This document shows positions 25,901-39,341 of a DNA stretch of 64,000 nucleotides, one piece after another. This stretch comes from Adineta vaga (lineage: Eukaryota > Animalia > Rotifera): the NCBI GenBank assembly GCA_021613535.1, contig CP075494.1, positions 11,346,001 to 11,410,000 on the forward strand, written 5' to 3'. Below the pieces are notes generated by a model. It worked only from the letters and a program-made list of their open reading frames with translations. It was not told the origin of the DNA and did not search any database. Position 1 is the stretch's first letter; every line of letters starts with the position of its first letter. A program made the position numbers and the translations under genes.

Positions 25901-27559
25901 TTATACTATTTTATGTTCGTCGTTTGGATTATGATCGTAATCATAATCAAGATGAACAAATGCCTAAAATGAAGGGAGAAAAAAACGTAAGAAAAGATAA
26001 TGGGTTAATAAAAAGTATTACTCGTTCAACTTCAGGTAGTGCTTCGATTTTCTTTTGTAACGTTTCTCCAATATCATGTGCTTCTTTTAATCGCATCTCT
26101 TCAGGTAGAACAATATCAACTTCTACGAAATAGGATGTACCAAAATAAAATGCTCGAACAGTATCGATTTTCTTGATCAATGTAGAATGATGATAGGTTA
26201 ACCACTAGAAATAATCGAAGGAGATGAGAAGAAATTCGATGAAAAATTAGAATTTATTTACAGTTATGAGAGAAAGAAACTTGGGATCAGCTGTATGTCC
26301 ACTCAAACGTTTGATTTGACCTGGAAAATAAAGACAAATGTATAGCAACTGAAAGATAATAGTTTCAAACAAACCATTCGCTTGTCGAATCCACATGACG
26401 ATAATATAAATAGATATTACAATAGCACCAACAGGATCCACCACAATCGCTTTTTGATTAATTTTGTTCTTATATGCAAATGAACCTAAAATATCAAAAG
26501 AATCTCTCATATTTCAATGATATCTTCTTCTATCTCACCGACAAGACCACATAGCAACGCTACAGTATTCGATGCTACGTCATTACGATGATCTTCAGCC
26601 AATGCTGACAGCGTTGGAGTATGCACACGATGACAAAAATAGAATAAAATTGCTTTACTAACAATTACAACACAACTCGTTGCTATAGGAAATGCACTCA
26701 TATCAATATCAGATAAAGTTTTTGTCGTATTCTTTTCCGTGAAATATTGTACATCACTGATAATTGTATTAACCGATTCATAAATAACTAGAACGGATGC
26801 TGCACACATTATAACTGATAAAATTACAATCGCAACTGGCTCAAGACGTGTGCGACCTGTACAAATATATCGAATATAATATCAGAGTAAAGTCATGTGT
26901 GCATGATAGCATACCTTCAGGATAACGATATTTGTCTCGTTTTTTGATCGTACGCCACGCCCAAAATAAAATACCAGCCGTAGCAAGATCTACTGCAGAA
27001 TCAATCACAGAAGAAACAACTGAAAGTGATTTCGAAATGACAGCACTAACTATTTTCAATACGAATAAACACTAAAAGTACAAATTGTCACAATAATTTT
27101 TATTGAAAAAGAAGTTCTACGTACAATATTCACACCAAGTGAAATATTAGTTAACATATGGGCACTTTTTTGTCTTATAGCAACACTATCATCTGTTTGT
27201 CCATTTCCTTTACCATAATCGTGCATACGTTGATAATCATCAATCCATTCATCTTGATTTTCATAAAATCGTTTCACACGATTTGATAAACGAGCATCGT
27301 CATCACGTTTACCTCGACGGTGAGAATGTAAATGTGTCATTGAATAATATGAATCATCGACAGAAAATGGATGATGCTTTTGTTCTGAATCGGGTGCTTG
27401 CTGTTCATCTTTATCTTTTCCTGCAGTTAAACTATCACTGATTCGTCGAATGTATCCATCTAATTTTCCTGGTGACAATGTGAGTTGTCTATTTGATGGT
27501 GAATCTCCAAGTGAAACTACGTCTGAATCAGGCTTATAAGCGACATTTATATTAGACAT
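25901..27559 (-). CDS. Cation diffusion facilitator, Mn-CDF/MTP-like metal transporter, multi-exon
   Basis: [17 protein letters not shown](E)[74 protein letters not shown]|[20 protein letters not shown] with stop at 25901. Confidence 0.9.
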
Positions 27560-28336
27560 TTTACTGTCGTTATTTAACGAACGACTAACGCGTCAATATA
27601 TTATATACTGCCTATATATTTTATCTGCACGTCACGCTTCGTCGAATTCAAAGTTCGAAGTACTCATACTTCGATTGATGTGTTGCGTTTTTCTAACTCA
27701 ATACTCCTATCAAATGATGACCAAGTGATCATTTACTTGATATTTTGATATAAAATTTATTTCCAATTATTTATCAATTACCAGTATCTATTTATGTTCT
27801 ATTTTGATTTGTTCTGATTCATTGTATTGACCTTTAGGGAAAGTTCAATCTAAGAAATATATATGACGTCAGTTTGATTAATATTTATACCGTACTTTTC
27901 TACATATGATCGATGTTGGAACAACAAAAAATATTTTTTTGTATACAAAAGTGTCGTGTTGATGACTAACTTATAAATGTTTTTTCCTTATCTATATTCA
28001 TTAGTCTTACAACGTGTCAATGAAAATACAGTTTTTGAATTCTGAGACTTTAGTAAAATAGTCGCATGATTAAATGTGGTTAGTATATATATAATATCAC
28101 AAAAACGAAATACAGTACACTGAGAGATTCTACAAAGGAATTGATCTATTTCGTATGATACATGCATGTTTATTCTTCTCAAGTAAATTTACCTTCTTTT
28201 TTGAATAAACATAAGTTTTATTATAATTTAGACTGATCTTTTTGCTTTTCAACATTTGACACTGTCAATGATCAAGGAAAGCACTAATTATACATCATTT
28301 TATCTATATTTGGAATTCCTATTTCATATGTTCAAA

Positions 28337-29612
28337 TTAGAATAGTGTGTCGGCAATGATGTGGTCGTACTGTAGAGCTTTCAAATAGTCTCCTATATTA
28401 TCATACACTAAATCAGGATGCTTCGGTGGTAGCGATTGCTGTTGAATCTCAAGATATTTTTCGTGGCGTTGTAGACGTTTTGGATACTCTCTCATAATGT
28501 TATATAACAAACCGATGCTTTGGTTGGATGTAGCGAAACTAAGGTGCTTTAGAAAATTGTGTTTCCGAACTAATTCTAACAAGTTTTCATACATTGTAAT
28601 GGCTTCTGTATAGTGTCCTTGTTGATCTGTATCAATCACGACTCGATATAATAGAAATTGATTAATTTCTTCTGCTCTCTGGAAATTACTCATCTTTTGT
28701 AATAAAGCTTGCGAACTGCTTCAGCTCGTTGATATATCTACTTCCTCCTTTACGCGCGTAGTTAGTATACGAAGATCCTTATCATTTTCGTAGTTGATAG
28801 GAAATTGTTAAAAGCAATTAATCCACCTTTTGTTTTCGATAGCTGATCAAAATACATTCTGGACAGAGTTTGATCTCAATACAGGGTAAAAATATCACTA
28901 GGCATCTGTTTAGCAATATGCAACAAATGTAATTGTTCGATACACCGGTGAAGATCATGAATAGAAAATCCCATATTAACAATGAGAGTAGCATCCATAG
29001 TTCTAAGCGCATAATTAAGCATAAACTACAAAAATAGTCATAAGTATACCACCATATCGGAGAATGCTTCCGATATTGTTCATCAAATCGTTTAACGTTC
29101 TTTAAATGATGAACTGCGTCAGCAAATTGTTAAAATTGTTCTTGTTCGAAGTCAATTTTTAATAAAATCTCTTTAAGAATCTACGTATACATAAATGAAC
29201 AATCAAGTTTGCCTAAGATTTTACTGCTTCGATCAGTTTCTCTTTGCATAAAACTGATAGATATTGTATTGTGTTCACATTTTCTAGCGGTTTGTTTAAG
29301 CGCTTTCGTAATGGAAATAGAATCGGTGAACAATCCTTTATTCTTGTACCATTCTGTTGTCCATTGTTCAGATGCTACTTCTTTGTCAGAAAAGATAAAA
29401 ACAGATTGGAGCTGACACAAAGCGCCAGACATGATCATAATTACTTTGTCATCAGAATTATCGATAAGAGAATCAATACAATGATGAACATTTGTAAAAT
29501 GTTTAATGGTAAAAACAACACTTTGCAATTGAATGACTACATTTAACCAATCTTCGTGTTCTTCGTCAGCATGAATGGCAAGTCAGATGACCGATATATT
29601 CAATACCATACG
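28337..29612 (-). pseudogene. Decayed ADP-ribosyltransferase/TPR-repeat gene of the bdelloid-expanded family
   Basis: Collinear motifs RMVLNISVI*L, IMSGAL, LDCSFMYT*ILKEILL, SPIWWYT, MLNYALRTMD, FTLY*DQ, KGGLIAFNNFLST, then a frame change to NDKDLRILT and TPR-like YLEIQQQSLPPKHPDL. At least five in-frame stops and an apparent internal deletion. Confidence 0.8.
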
Positions 29613-29991
29613 CCTTTTCAATCGCTCGTTCTTACATCTGTCCTTCTTTTCTCTTTTTTCGTTGTTTATCTTTATGAAAATCAGAGAGACCTGTATAAAC
29701 AGTCGCAACTAATGAATGAATATTAGAGAGGATTTTTTCTACTCAATGAGACATCTCATAAGTTAAAATGGGATAGTTATTATGTATATGCAAAAATGAA
29801 TACTAAAATATTATCCAAAAATCTCCACGCTCCTTTTGTCACTGTTTAACAAAACCAAATATAATTGGAAAAAATGTCTCTTATCATTGCGGCAGTTACT
29901 CAGGCAAATTCATACGTCAGAACTATTTTTGTAAAGAGTATAAACATTGAGAGCACAGTTACTGTTTTTTATTCGAACATCATTAAAATAA

Positions 29992-32734
29992 TCACAGTTT
30001 AAGTATCGTTTTGGTGGATTTGTCAATGGCTGTTGAACGTAATGTAGCTATTTCGTCCCATCGATTACGTGTTATACCTGATAATGTCACTGTATTTTCA
30101 AGAAATGTTAACCAAATTCGTAGAAGTCTATATCATATTTTAGATGAAAATTGATCAATTCTTATTGTGTAAAGTCTTACGTACTTCATCAATAAGGATG
30201 AATATTTCGAATCAATAGATCGTATATGATCTAATGAGTAGAGAATGCATACACTTAAATGAGTAATGAATAAAATCAATTGACGAAGTTCATCATAACT
30301 ATAACGAACACAATTTGAATATGAAAAGAATAAAGAAAAATTCTTCTATACATACATATTGATAAAACGTTCAAAATTAGCACGTTGATTTGCTCGTAAT
30401 TGTTTGGAATGATAAGCTTGTCCACGTGTTTGGAGAAATGTATCGATATTTATTAATATTTGATGTATATGAGTAGATAGTTGTCGAATGATTGTAATGA
30501 AAGATTGTTCATTATAACCATTTGTTATTACCTATATTATTAGAATTATGAAAGATTCTATCGATATCATTTAACTAGATATTTACCCTATGTGAACAAT
30601 ATCGATTAATTAGATCTAAATTATCTGCATTAATTAATACATCAATTGTTTGTATCGATGTATCATTAAATAAAGGTAATTTATCTAAATACAATCAAAA
30701 TATTTCCAATAATTCATAATCTTTCGTCACTCACCTGAAGGAATAAATAATCGCCAAAAATCATCTAATTGAATGGCAAATTTTCCAGGCTGGTTTTTCA
30801 TCTCGTCTGCTTCTTCTTCAATTGATGCAACACATTCAGGTATTTGTTGAAATTTCACAATAAACTGTCGTATCTAAAGATAATATCAATGTAAACAACG
30901 AAACAAACAAAAATTCTTGTACTTGATTTTTTGCAATTGCAATTGGATGATAACAAACTTTGTAATTATTTACGTACTCAAGAAGACGTTGTCCATAATC
31001 ATCAGATTTCTAAAAGAAAGATAATTGAAATTATGAAAAAAAAACGCGATTAAACTTTGAGATACATGTTTATCATATCGATAGAGGAATGTCATTATCA
31101 GACTTAATTGAGTATCGGCAATCGATCGTGGAAGTTGTTCATAATTAAATTCACCATGACTTAATTTAGATCGAAGACAAATACCTTCTGGAAACGTAAT
31201 TAAATCAGCAAGTAGACTCTACAACATATCGTTTAAAATTAAAATCTATCTTCTCCAATCATTTCTTATTCTATACCATATAACCATGTCCTAATTCATC
31301 ACAGAGACGATTTGTTTGACCATCTGGTAGACAACAAGTGAGTATCTAAAAATTCTCAGTGTTATAAAATCAACTATTAACTGTAAATCATACTTCATCC
31401 AAAGTTGTGAATAATGTTGTACTCTAAAGAGCGCAGTAACCAACAATATTATAATTGGTAGACAAAAAAACGAACAAACCTCAGCTGTTAACAATCGTTC
31501 TGGACAATTATTAACTTGAACAAATAATTTTCGTAATAGATGCTCAAATATCGGTAGCAAAAGCATCATACTCAGACCATATCTAAATTATCTATTAAAA
31601 CGACAAACAGTTAAAGATCAAATCGATCGACATACTCATTTTGATTGTAAAAATAATCGATACTGGATTTCATGAGTGGTTTATATCCATTATCAATAAG
31701 TGGATGATTTTCAATTAATTGAATTGCTATATCAGCATTGGGACAACATAGATCTATATGAAAATGGAATAATTTCATTCTAATTTCCCTCTCGAAATAC
31801 CTGTAGGAAGAAAAGTATGATTTATAAAACGTTCAAATGAAATAAATTGTCGTTCTGGTACCAGTTTCCCTTGGACAATAGGTCCAATTTGTAATATGAT
31901 ATATAATAGAAGATAAGTGAATCTACAAGCATATATTGCTGTCAATAAAAACATAAATATCAATATACTTCTGTGAGATTTCATGACATTGAACAAATCC
32001 ATGCCAATAAATATTTCGTAAATTAATTGATTTTGGACTACCAATCAATACTTGCAAGATTATTGTCTAGATTTCCATAGATTTAAATGAAAGAGTATTT
32101 CGTTTCAATAGACTTACTAGATCCGAGCCAAGTATTGAAGCGAGAGTTGATGATTCAACAATTTGTCGTAGAAGATTAGGTACAGTATTTATTTGTGTTA
32201 AAAGCAACTAGATAGCAATATAAAGTATTCGGTACGAAGGAATTTATATTACTTACATTGCCGAGATTTCGTTCAGTAAAACAAGTTAAAAGGAGAGTAG
32301 CTAAATGAATTTCATTATTTTTCAATAGTTGAAAAACTCGAAACAAATCCTAAATACAAAAATATACCTTTCATCTATATTGATTAGTTGAAATTCTACT
32401 TTTCTATTCTTTAACCATCCACAATAATGATTATTATCGTAAGAAGATTGAAATTGTTCAATACTCATCTGATTGAATAATGTTTCAATTTGACGTAATA
32501 CTTTTACATCCAATCGACGAACAGATTCTAGATAATTGATTTCTGATTCTACCATGAATAAAAGCATATTCAACTGAACTAAAAAATCCAATTCATACCT
32601 TCGATCACTAGACATTGTCGAATTTCTTCTATTGATGGTTGATCTCGATATTCATTCGTTTCGCAAAGTACTGCCGGTGATACACTCAGTAGTAATTCTC
32701 GAATACCAGATGATAAATAAGTAGAATCTATCAT
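29992..32734 (-). CDS. ERMARD: ER membrane-associated RNA degradation protein (C6orf70/DUF4209)-like, multi-exon
   Basis: Start [15 protein letters not shown]. Motifs [28 protein letters not shown]|[10 protein letters not shown] and [19 protein letters not shown]. The C-terminus [23 protein letters not shown] ends at 29992. Confidence 0.75.
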
Positions 32735-32832
32735 ATCTAAATGAACTAGATGCACATACACTTGGTATTTTAGATACATCAATCATGATCAAAAAAAACT
32801 ATCACATCTCTACGAAACTTTGAAAAATAAGT

Positions 32833-33813
32833 TTATGAAAATAATGTTTGTTCTTCTCTTAAACCTTCTACTCCACATTCGACAAATTGAATCGATTTAA
32901 TAGGATTATCTTTTAATAGTTCTAAAACTTCTTCTTTTGTAAACGTTGTTGTCAATGCAATCAGACAACCACCACCTCCAGCACCAGTAATTTTCGTAGA
33001 AATCTTATTTTTCAATAAAATTTCTATAATTTGATCAATTTCTGGTGTCGATACACCTAAACTTTTCAATAATCGTTGATTCTCTTGAAATAATTGATTG
33101 ATTTCTTCCGGATGTTCAACCATCGTATCCACACATGTTTCAATTTCATTTAAAATCTTTTCTCCATCATTAGGATTACTTTCCACAAATGAACGAACTA
33201 AACTAACCATTCGTTTCGTCGATTTCGGAATACCCGTATCAATAATCGCTAAATTTGATAGATGAAAGTTCAAATGTTTTTTCAATGTTCGACTATAGAG
33301 AAGTGATTGCCCAAATGTACTAATCGTATTATCAATACCAGACGGTGTACCATGAAAAAGACATTCAATTTTATATGCTAATTGATTGATCTCTTCAGCA
33401 TTGAGTGTTTCATGAGAAAGAAGATAAAAACAACCAACAAGACAAACACTAAATGCTGCACTAGAACCAAGACCAGCACCAATAGGAATTTCAGAACGAA
33501 CTTCGATATTCAATGTATTCCGATCAGATAACAACGATTTGAAATGATTGTATGCATAAATTACCGCTTGAATTTCAATCGGATGTGAACCAGAAGATTC
33601 AGATAAGTCAATTGTATAACGTTGATTTGTATCATGCAATAAGACATTCAATAGATGTTTATCAGTTTGATTGCTAGAGTTTTCATCTACAGTTAACTGC
33701 ATGTATAATCGCATACCAATACTAGTCACCAAAGCTCGTCGACCGTAGACAACAGCATGTTCTCCACCGATAATTAATTTTCCAGGTGATGAAACAATCA
33801 CAGTTTTTTTCAT
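32833..33813 (-). CDS. MVK: Mevalonate kinase (GHMP kinase), intronless
   Basis: SPGKLIIGGEHAVVYG, SEIPIGAGLGSSAA, HGTPSGIDN and KITGAGGGGC. ATG at 33813. Confidence 0.92.
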   Translation of the reverse strand: MKKTVIVSSPGKLIIGGEHAVVYGRRALVTSIGMRLYMQLTVDENSSNQTDKHLLNVLLHDTNQRYTIDLSESSGSHPIEIQAVIYAYNHFKSLLSDRNTLNIEVRSEIPIGAGLGSSAAFSVCLVGCFYLLSHETLNAEEINQLAYKIECLFHGTPSGIDNTISTFGQSLLYSRTLKKHLNFHLSNLAIIDTGIPKSTKRMVSLVRSFVESNPNDGEKILNEIETCVDTMVEHPEEINQLFQENQRLLKSLGVSTPEIDQIIEILLKNKISTKITGAGGGGCLIALTTTFTKEEVLELLKDNPIKSIQFVECGVEGLREEQTLFS

Positions 33814-34058
33814 CTTCAATAATACTATTCAAACTCTTCGCTTTCAAAAGAGACAAAAACGAACTAAAGATAAGAAAGAGATAAGTTCGTATATCGTTCG
33901 ATGTTAACTAATTCCTCAGTTTCATTTCATTGTATTATGTCAAAAAAAAGACAAAGAAACATGGTTTTTTTCTATATTTTAATTTTTAAATGCTAAAATA
34001 CATTATCTTTTTCATCAAATAAAATGAGTTCATCTTGAATATTGAGATATCATTAGAA

Positions 34059-35027
34059 TTACGGTTTACGTAATCGATATTTATCTGAATAGAGAAGAAC
34101 TTGACAAAGAATAGCAATATCAATACTAATTTGCAATAATCCGCAAAGCCAAAATTGTTTCGGTGCACTTCGAAGAATGAAATAAACAGTTTTAAATATA
34201 TCACCCGATGTCCACATAAGAACCTGAAAGAAATGGTTTAGAATTTGTAGAAGGAACAAGAAGAAATCGTATCTACCATTTTAACACTCATTCCTTCCGT
34301 TGATTTTAATCGAAAATTTCGTAAAAATTGTGGTGTACCTAATAGCGCTTCGAAAAAGACAGCCAAGAAACCGATCGTTTCAATATAGAATGTATTATCA
34401 AGAAATAACCATGTTGTTGAACCTAGGAGAAAAGTAAATTCAGATGAAAAAAAAACATGTTAATTTCGTATAGATTTACTGAGAAGTAATGCAAATAATG
34501 ATAAAAATTGAAGATAACTTGCAAATCTAAAACAAATCCAATGTTCTTCTTATTCAATTTGCCAAAAATCTTACGTTGTCCATTTCCAGAAATAATTCAT
34601 ATTCAAATCTGTAAATCTCTTTTCTGTATAATCTAATGGCAAATCTTTTGAACCTTGTTGATTGACAGGTAAATGATGACGAAGTGTGTTTGAATACACT
34701 CGAATACAAAGTTCCAACATAACAAGCATACAAATAATCATTACAATTGATTGAACTAATAAGGGTGTTTCAAAATGTTTACCAAACCAAAATTCAATAC
34801 GAAGAATATTCGCAATTAATAATGTTAAACAAACATAACTCGAGAAGCCTTCAGCATTTTGAGATCGTTTGATAATTAAATATTGAGGAATATAAGGAAC
34901 AACACCACCAAACTAAACGAAACCTATTTAGATTGAAAAGAGGATAGATTGAATTTAATCTTACAATGATAAGTGCTTGTGAGAACACTCGAACAGTTGC
35001 TGCAAAAAGTGCACTAAGATCAGCCAT
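34059..35027 (-). CDS. PQLC1: PQ-loop repeat protein PQLC1/SLC66A2, multi-exon
   Basis: FGGVVPYIPQY, GFSSYVCLTLLIANILRIEFWFGKHFETPLLVQS, EALLGTPQFLRNF, GMSVKM|VLMWTSGDIFKTVYF...APKQFWLCGLLQ. Confidence 0.9.
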
Positions 35028-36991
35028 TGATATCGAATCAAGACTAAATGAAGATGAGAAATGGATTGAATTCTATCGAAAATGAATAATTGTTGATTAT
35101 GATATAAATTTTAAAATTGTCTTTTGGTCATTGAATTCAACAACGAAATAAAGCAGTAGAATAACAACAATGAATTAAGAAGTGGAGCAAATGATGATAA
35201 ATAAAGACTAAACAAAGCATTCAAAGTTCATTGATACATACAAACGAAAGTTCTTTTTTTTCTCAAAGAAGAAGATATCAATACTTACACATATCCCATC
35301 TTTTTTTCTATACTCTGCTTTACAATTGAGGAGAATGAATAGAAATAAGTAAAGTTTTTAAGATCAAATACTTACTGTGCTTTAGTATCAGTAAGCGAGG
35401 AAATCAAACGATCTTATCTGATATTTTCTGCTGTATAATAATGTATTTTTTTTTGTAACTAATGAAAAAATACCATGATGAGTAATGAAAAGACTTGATT
35501 GGTGGAAATTCAAGGAATAGAAAAGCTTGTATAATTATAGCATCAAAATTTTGTTGTGATGATGATGTAACCAAGAATATTCTAGTGACAAAAAAAAACT
35601 CTTGTATTCCGATGCCAACAGTTTTCTTTCAATGCAAAATGATAATTAACGGAAATTTGAAAATCTATGATCGTGCGTAGACATGCAAAAATCTAATTAA
35701 TTTTATTGTGATATTCATCTATGTTTATTTCATATACATAACTATCGATGAATGCATTCTGCATTTTTATTAAGTATTCATTCATTCTCTACTACGAATA
35801 GAGAAAAATAGTCTAATTTAATATTCAAATTCGATCAAACTTTGTCTCCCAAAAGAACAAGGCGAATATTGATTATCTCTTTTTTTGTCTCGCAATATTC
35901 TAATGAGATTTTCCTATTATAATCTTCCGAACAAGAATTATCATAATGAATGTTTAATACATATTAAGTCTTTTAAATATTTTTTCTTAAATCATAATTT
36001 GTTACAATAGATTATTAATGATATAATCCAGTATGATGAGACGCCTTTTTTTAATAATTTTGCACTCGATTATTCGGATATGTCCTTGAACAATCCAGTA
36101 CGTATATTCTTTTCTTTTTCTGTCATGATATTTATTGCTTCGTTAGTTTGAAAACGATATTAACGTCATGGTGTATCGTTAACTATAGAAATTATCTTCT
36201 CTCTTTTTATTGCTTACTATACATATGCGATATAAGGTGAATAATTAAACGATCCATTTTTAGTATCGTTGTGTTTTATTTTTATTACATTTTGCAGCAA
36301 AATATAATATTTGTGACGTCCATTCTCTTTGCAATGGTGTGATAATAAAACGATACAGTACATTTCAGTCACAGAGAACGAAAAGAAATACACAACAATC
36401 AAAATAAAATTCGATTCATTCTTTGTACTGTTTGCCACTGATTTACGTAAAAGATATTCGAAAAGTAATAAATAACAACAATAACATGCGATGCATTCTC
36501 TCGAATTTCTCTTGCACGATTAACGTGATAGTTCAAATAAATCTTCGAAGAATGGTTTAAAAGTAAAATAAAAAGAATGAGCTATCAAGGTTATCAAGTG
36601 AAAAAAAAAAGAGATGTTCGAATAATTACAAACTATGTTCCAAAGGGACGAAAAAGCGACCTTTAGCTTTACTTAGTCACGTCTCTTCACAGAGAAAAAC
36701 GAAGAAAAGAAAAAAAAGAGAAAACGACTGCAGTATTGTTCTCGATGGTCCCAGAATAAGCGATAGGCAATCTATCACGTTGAATCAAACACGAGCGTAT
36801 ATATACGATATGACTCACCAACAGAAAGGCGAAAAAAACGTCTGGAAGAAAAAAACGAACAAGGGGTTTACTCGATATATATAACGATGAAAAGGCACAG
36901 AAGGAAAGCAATAGCTGTGCGCGCATACAACAAGAAAGGCCATTAAGTACGAGTTTATATTCTTCTTACATATTCTCAAATTTTAACAAAA

Positions 36992-37765
36992 ATGGTTCGT
37001 GAAATTGAAATTCAATCAAGTGAATATGGTAAAATCGAACATCTTGCATCTAAGATTGCTGCAGATGATGGTATACAAGTGGAAGATTTACCATTAAAAG
37101 ATGATTTATCATTCAAACATCGATCAAGTATAACCGATGATGAATCGGGTTATTCTGAAACAACAACTTTATCAGCACGTGCATCACCAATTCAAACAGT
37201 TACCGATCATGATTATGAATTAGCAGCCACATTACAAGATGACAGTAAAAAAGAATTCTGTTCGGATATGTGTTTAGTATTTCATGCCGAATTTCAACTT
37301 ACATTTGGACGTTATTTTACCTCAGATCAATGGGTATTAATGCCATTAGGTTCCGATGGATCGTGTAAATTACCATCAAATACATTATGTGATGTTGAAA
37401 TCGCTAAAGTACGTTTTGAATGTGATGCATGTGAACATTGCTGGACATCAATGCGTGGTCAAATATCATTCTTCTATGATTGTAAATCTCATATTTTATA
37501 TTTTAAATTATTTACACAAAATTGTGATCAATGTGGAAGTATTTGTACACCATTATGGTATCCTGAAGAAGTTTGTCGTGTAATTAAAAATGTCTTTGTC
37601 ATCGTTCAACAACAATATTATCCAGACTCAAACACTCCAATAAAATCAAATCATTATCGTCGTTTCGGAAATCCAAAAGGACAACATCACGGATGTGAAT
37701 CATGTCGTGATGGTGTCTGTGTTGCTCTAGCTGCTCAGCAACTTGGCTGTAAACTTGTTAAATAA
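36992..37765 (+). CDS. 3CxxC zinc-binding domain protein (RTP/ZAR1-like), intronless
   Basis: KVRFECDACEHCWTS, FTQNCDQC and QHHGCESCRDGVC give the zf-3CxxC pattern. No C-terminal transmembrane segment. Confidence 0.8.
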   Translation: MVREIEIQSSEYGKIEHLASKIAADDGIQVEDLPLKDDLSFKHRSSITDDESGYSETTTLSARASPIQTVTDHDYELAATLQDDSKKEFCSDMCLVFHAEFQLTFGRYFTSDQWVLMPLGSDGSCKLPSNTLCDVEIAKVRFECDACEHCWTSMRGQISFFYDCKSHILYFKLFTQNCDQCGSICTPLWYPEEVCRVIKNVFVIVQQQYYPDSNTPIKSNHYRRFGNPKGQHHGCESCRDGVCVALAAQQLGCKLVK

Positions 37766-39341
37766 TCAACTTGATAATCATATACTTTTCTTCTAGAGTA
37801 TAGGTGTCGTTGGTATACATTTTCTCGGTGTGTCTAGTCACCTTGTTTTCTTTTTTTCCTATCTCGGTATTATCTATAATGTATATACATGTAGGAGCAC
37901 TTTGTATCTATTTCGTTTATTTGCTTGTGTAATTTTTTTTTTAAAAAAAAAACTTTATCTAGACTATAGATTTTTTGTCAACTTTATTCATTTGTTTTCG
38001 TTACTAACGTTCATTACGCATTTTTCTTGTTTGTTTGTTCTGCATTATATACAAAACATATAAATAGTTATTATACCATAATTTCTTCTTTGTCAATTGA
38101 TATCATATTCGCACTTAATCAATCTCTGAAAGAAGCAAAACGACTGCTGTTTTCGTTTTCAATTATTTTTTCATTTTGTACGATAAACGTAACAATTTGA
38201 GTATAAATTTTCATGCAAATGGATAGATTTACTGCTTTTGTTATTAATGATATTCTTTTTCATTCACTCATTTTAATCGGTTTAACATACATTTAACGTC
38301 AAAAATGAGTACATATGTTTCTTATGATAAATGTGTTTTGGTTGCAAAATATTTCTTTATCTAGAACTGACTTTTATCGTTTGCACTCGATGTAGCGTCG
38401 GGTCGTATAGTAGAGCGCTTTACACAATCATTTTGCTCTTCCTGTTTCTTAGATCGAATTGGACAGAAAGAATTGTATACGATTAGCCAATAATAGTAGC
38501 AGATGGCATCTGTACGTTAAACACATGAAAATAACGTCAATGTTATTTATATAAAGAAAATTTGGAGTTGACAACTTTTCTTCGGATAAAAATATTTCTT
38601 TTTTTTTTCTTGACCTATTTAATTATGGCCGATAAACGCAAGAATGCAAAAAAAGGATGTTTTTTTTCACTCATATTAATTGGGCTAAGAGATTAATTAT
38701 GACAAAGAAATGGAAGACTCAATTCCACATGGGAAGAAAACTATGTTCATTTTCATAGGAATTAGAAGAATAACTAATGTCATCTATTCCATCATCTCAT
38801 AAATCACCGAAGAAACCGCGAAGAATACATAGAAGTACAAGAGTGTGTGTGCACGTTTGACTGATTGTTATTGAAAAAAGAAATGTTAAATTAAAGAAAA
38901 GGAAAGAAAAAAAATGTGAACAGTTCTTTTGATTTCTTATCAATGAAATTCTCTCACTTCACAATGTAAATGACTTGACAGATTTATATAAAATACTGAG
39001 ATACAATATATCGACACGACATATGATCAAGTTTATTCGTTCCAACACTTTTATAAATTTATTTGTATATATGTAACATATAGCGTTGGTGGATTCTTTC
39101 GAAAATTCTAAAGCTTCATTTACACTTGTTCTTCTATTTACAGATTTTTTTCAAAACTAACACAACTTTTTGAATAGCTTTTGCCTGTAGTAATATTTCT
39201 TTTTCTGATAGTGTTTCAACAACGAAGAGAGAAAAAGTCTCGAATTTAAATAGAATTTTCGATAGTGTATTTTGAAATAATTTATAAAATCAGTAGGATA
39301 AATATTTGTCTTCGATTTCATATTTTTCTAGATTTTCGTCA

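Noticed and set aside
32833-33813. Mevalonate kinase as an HGT candidate because it is intronless
   Set aside because: The motifs are compatible with ordinary eukaryotic MVK, and lack of introns alone is not sufficient evidence.
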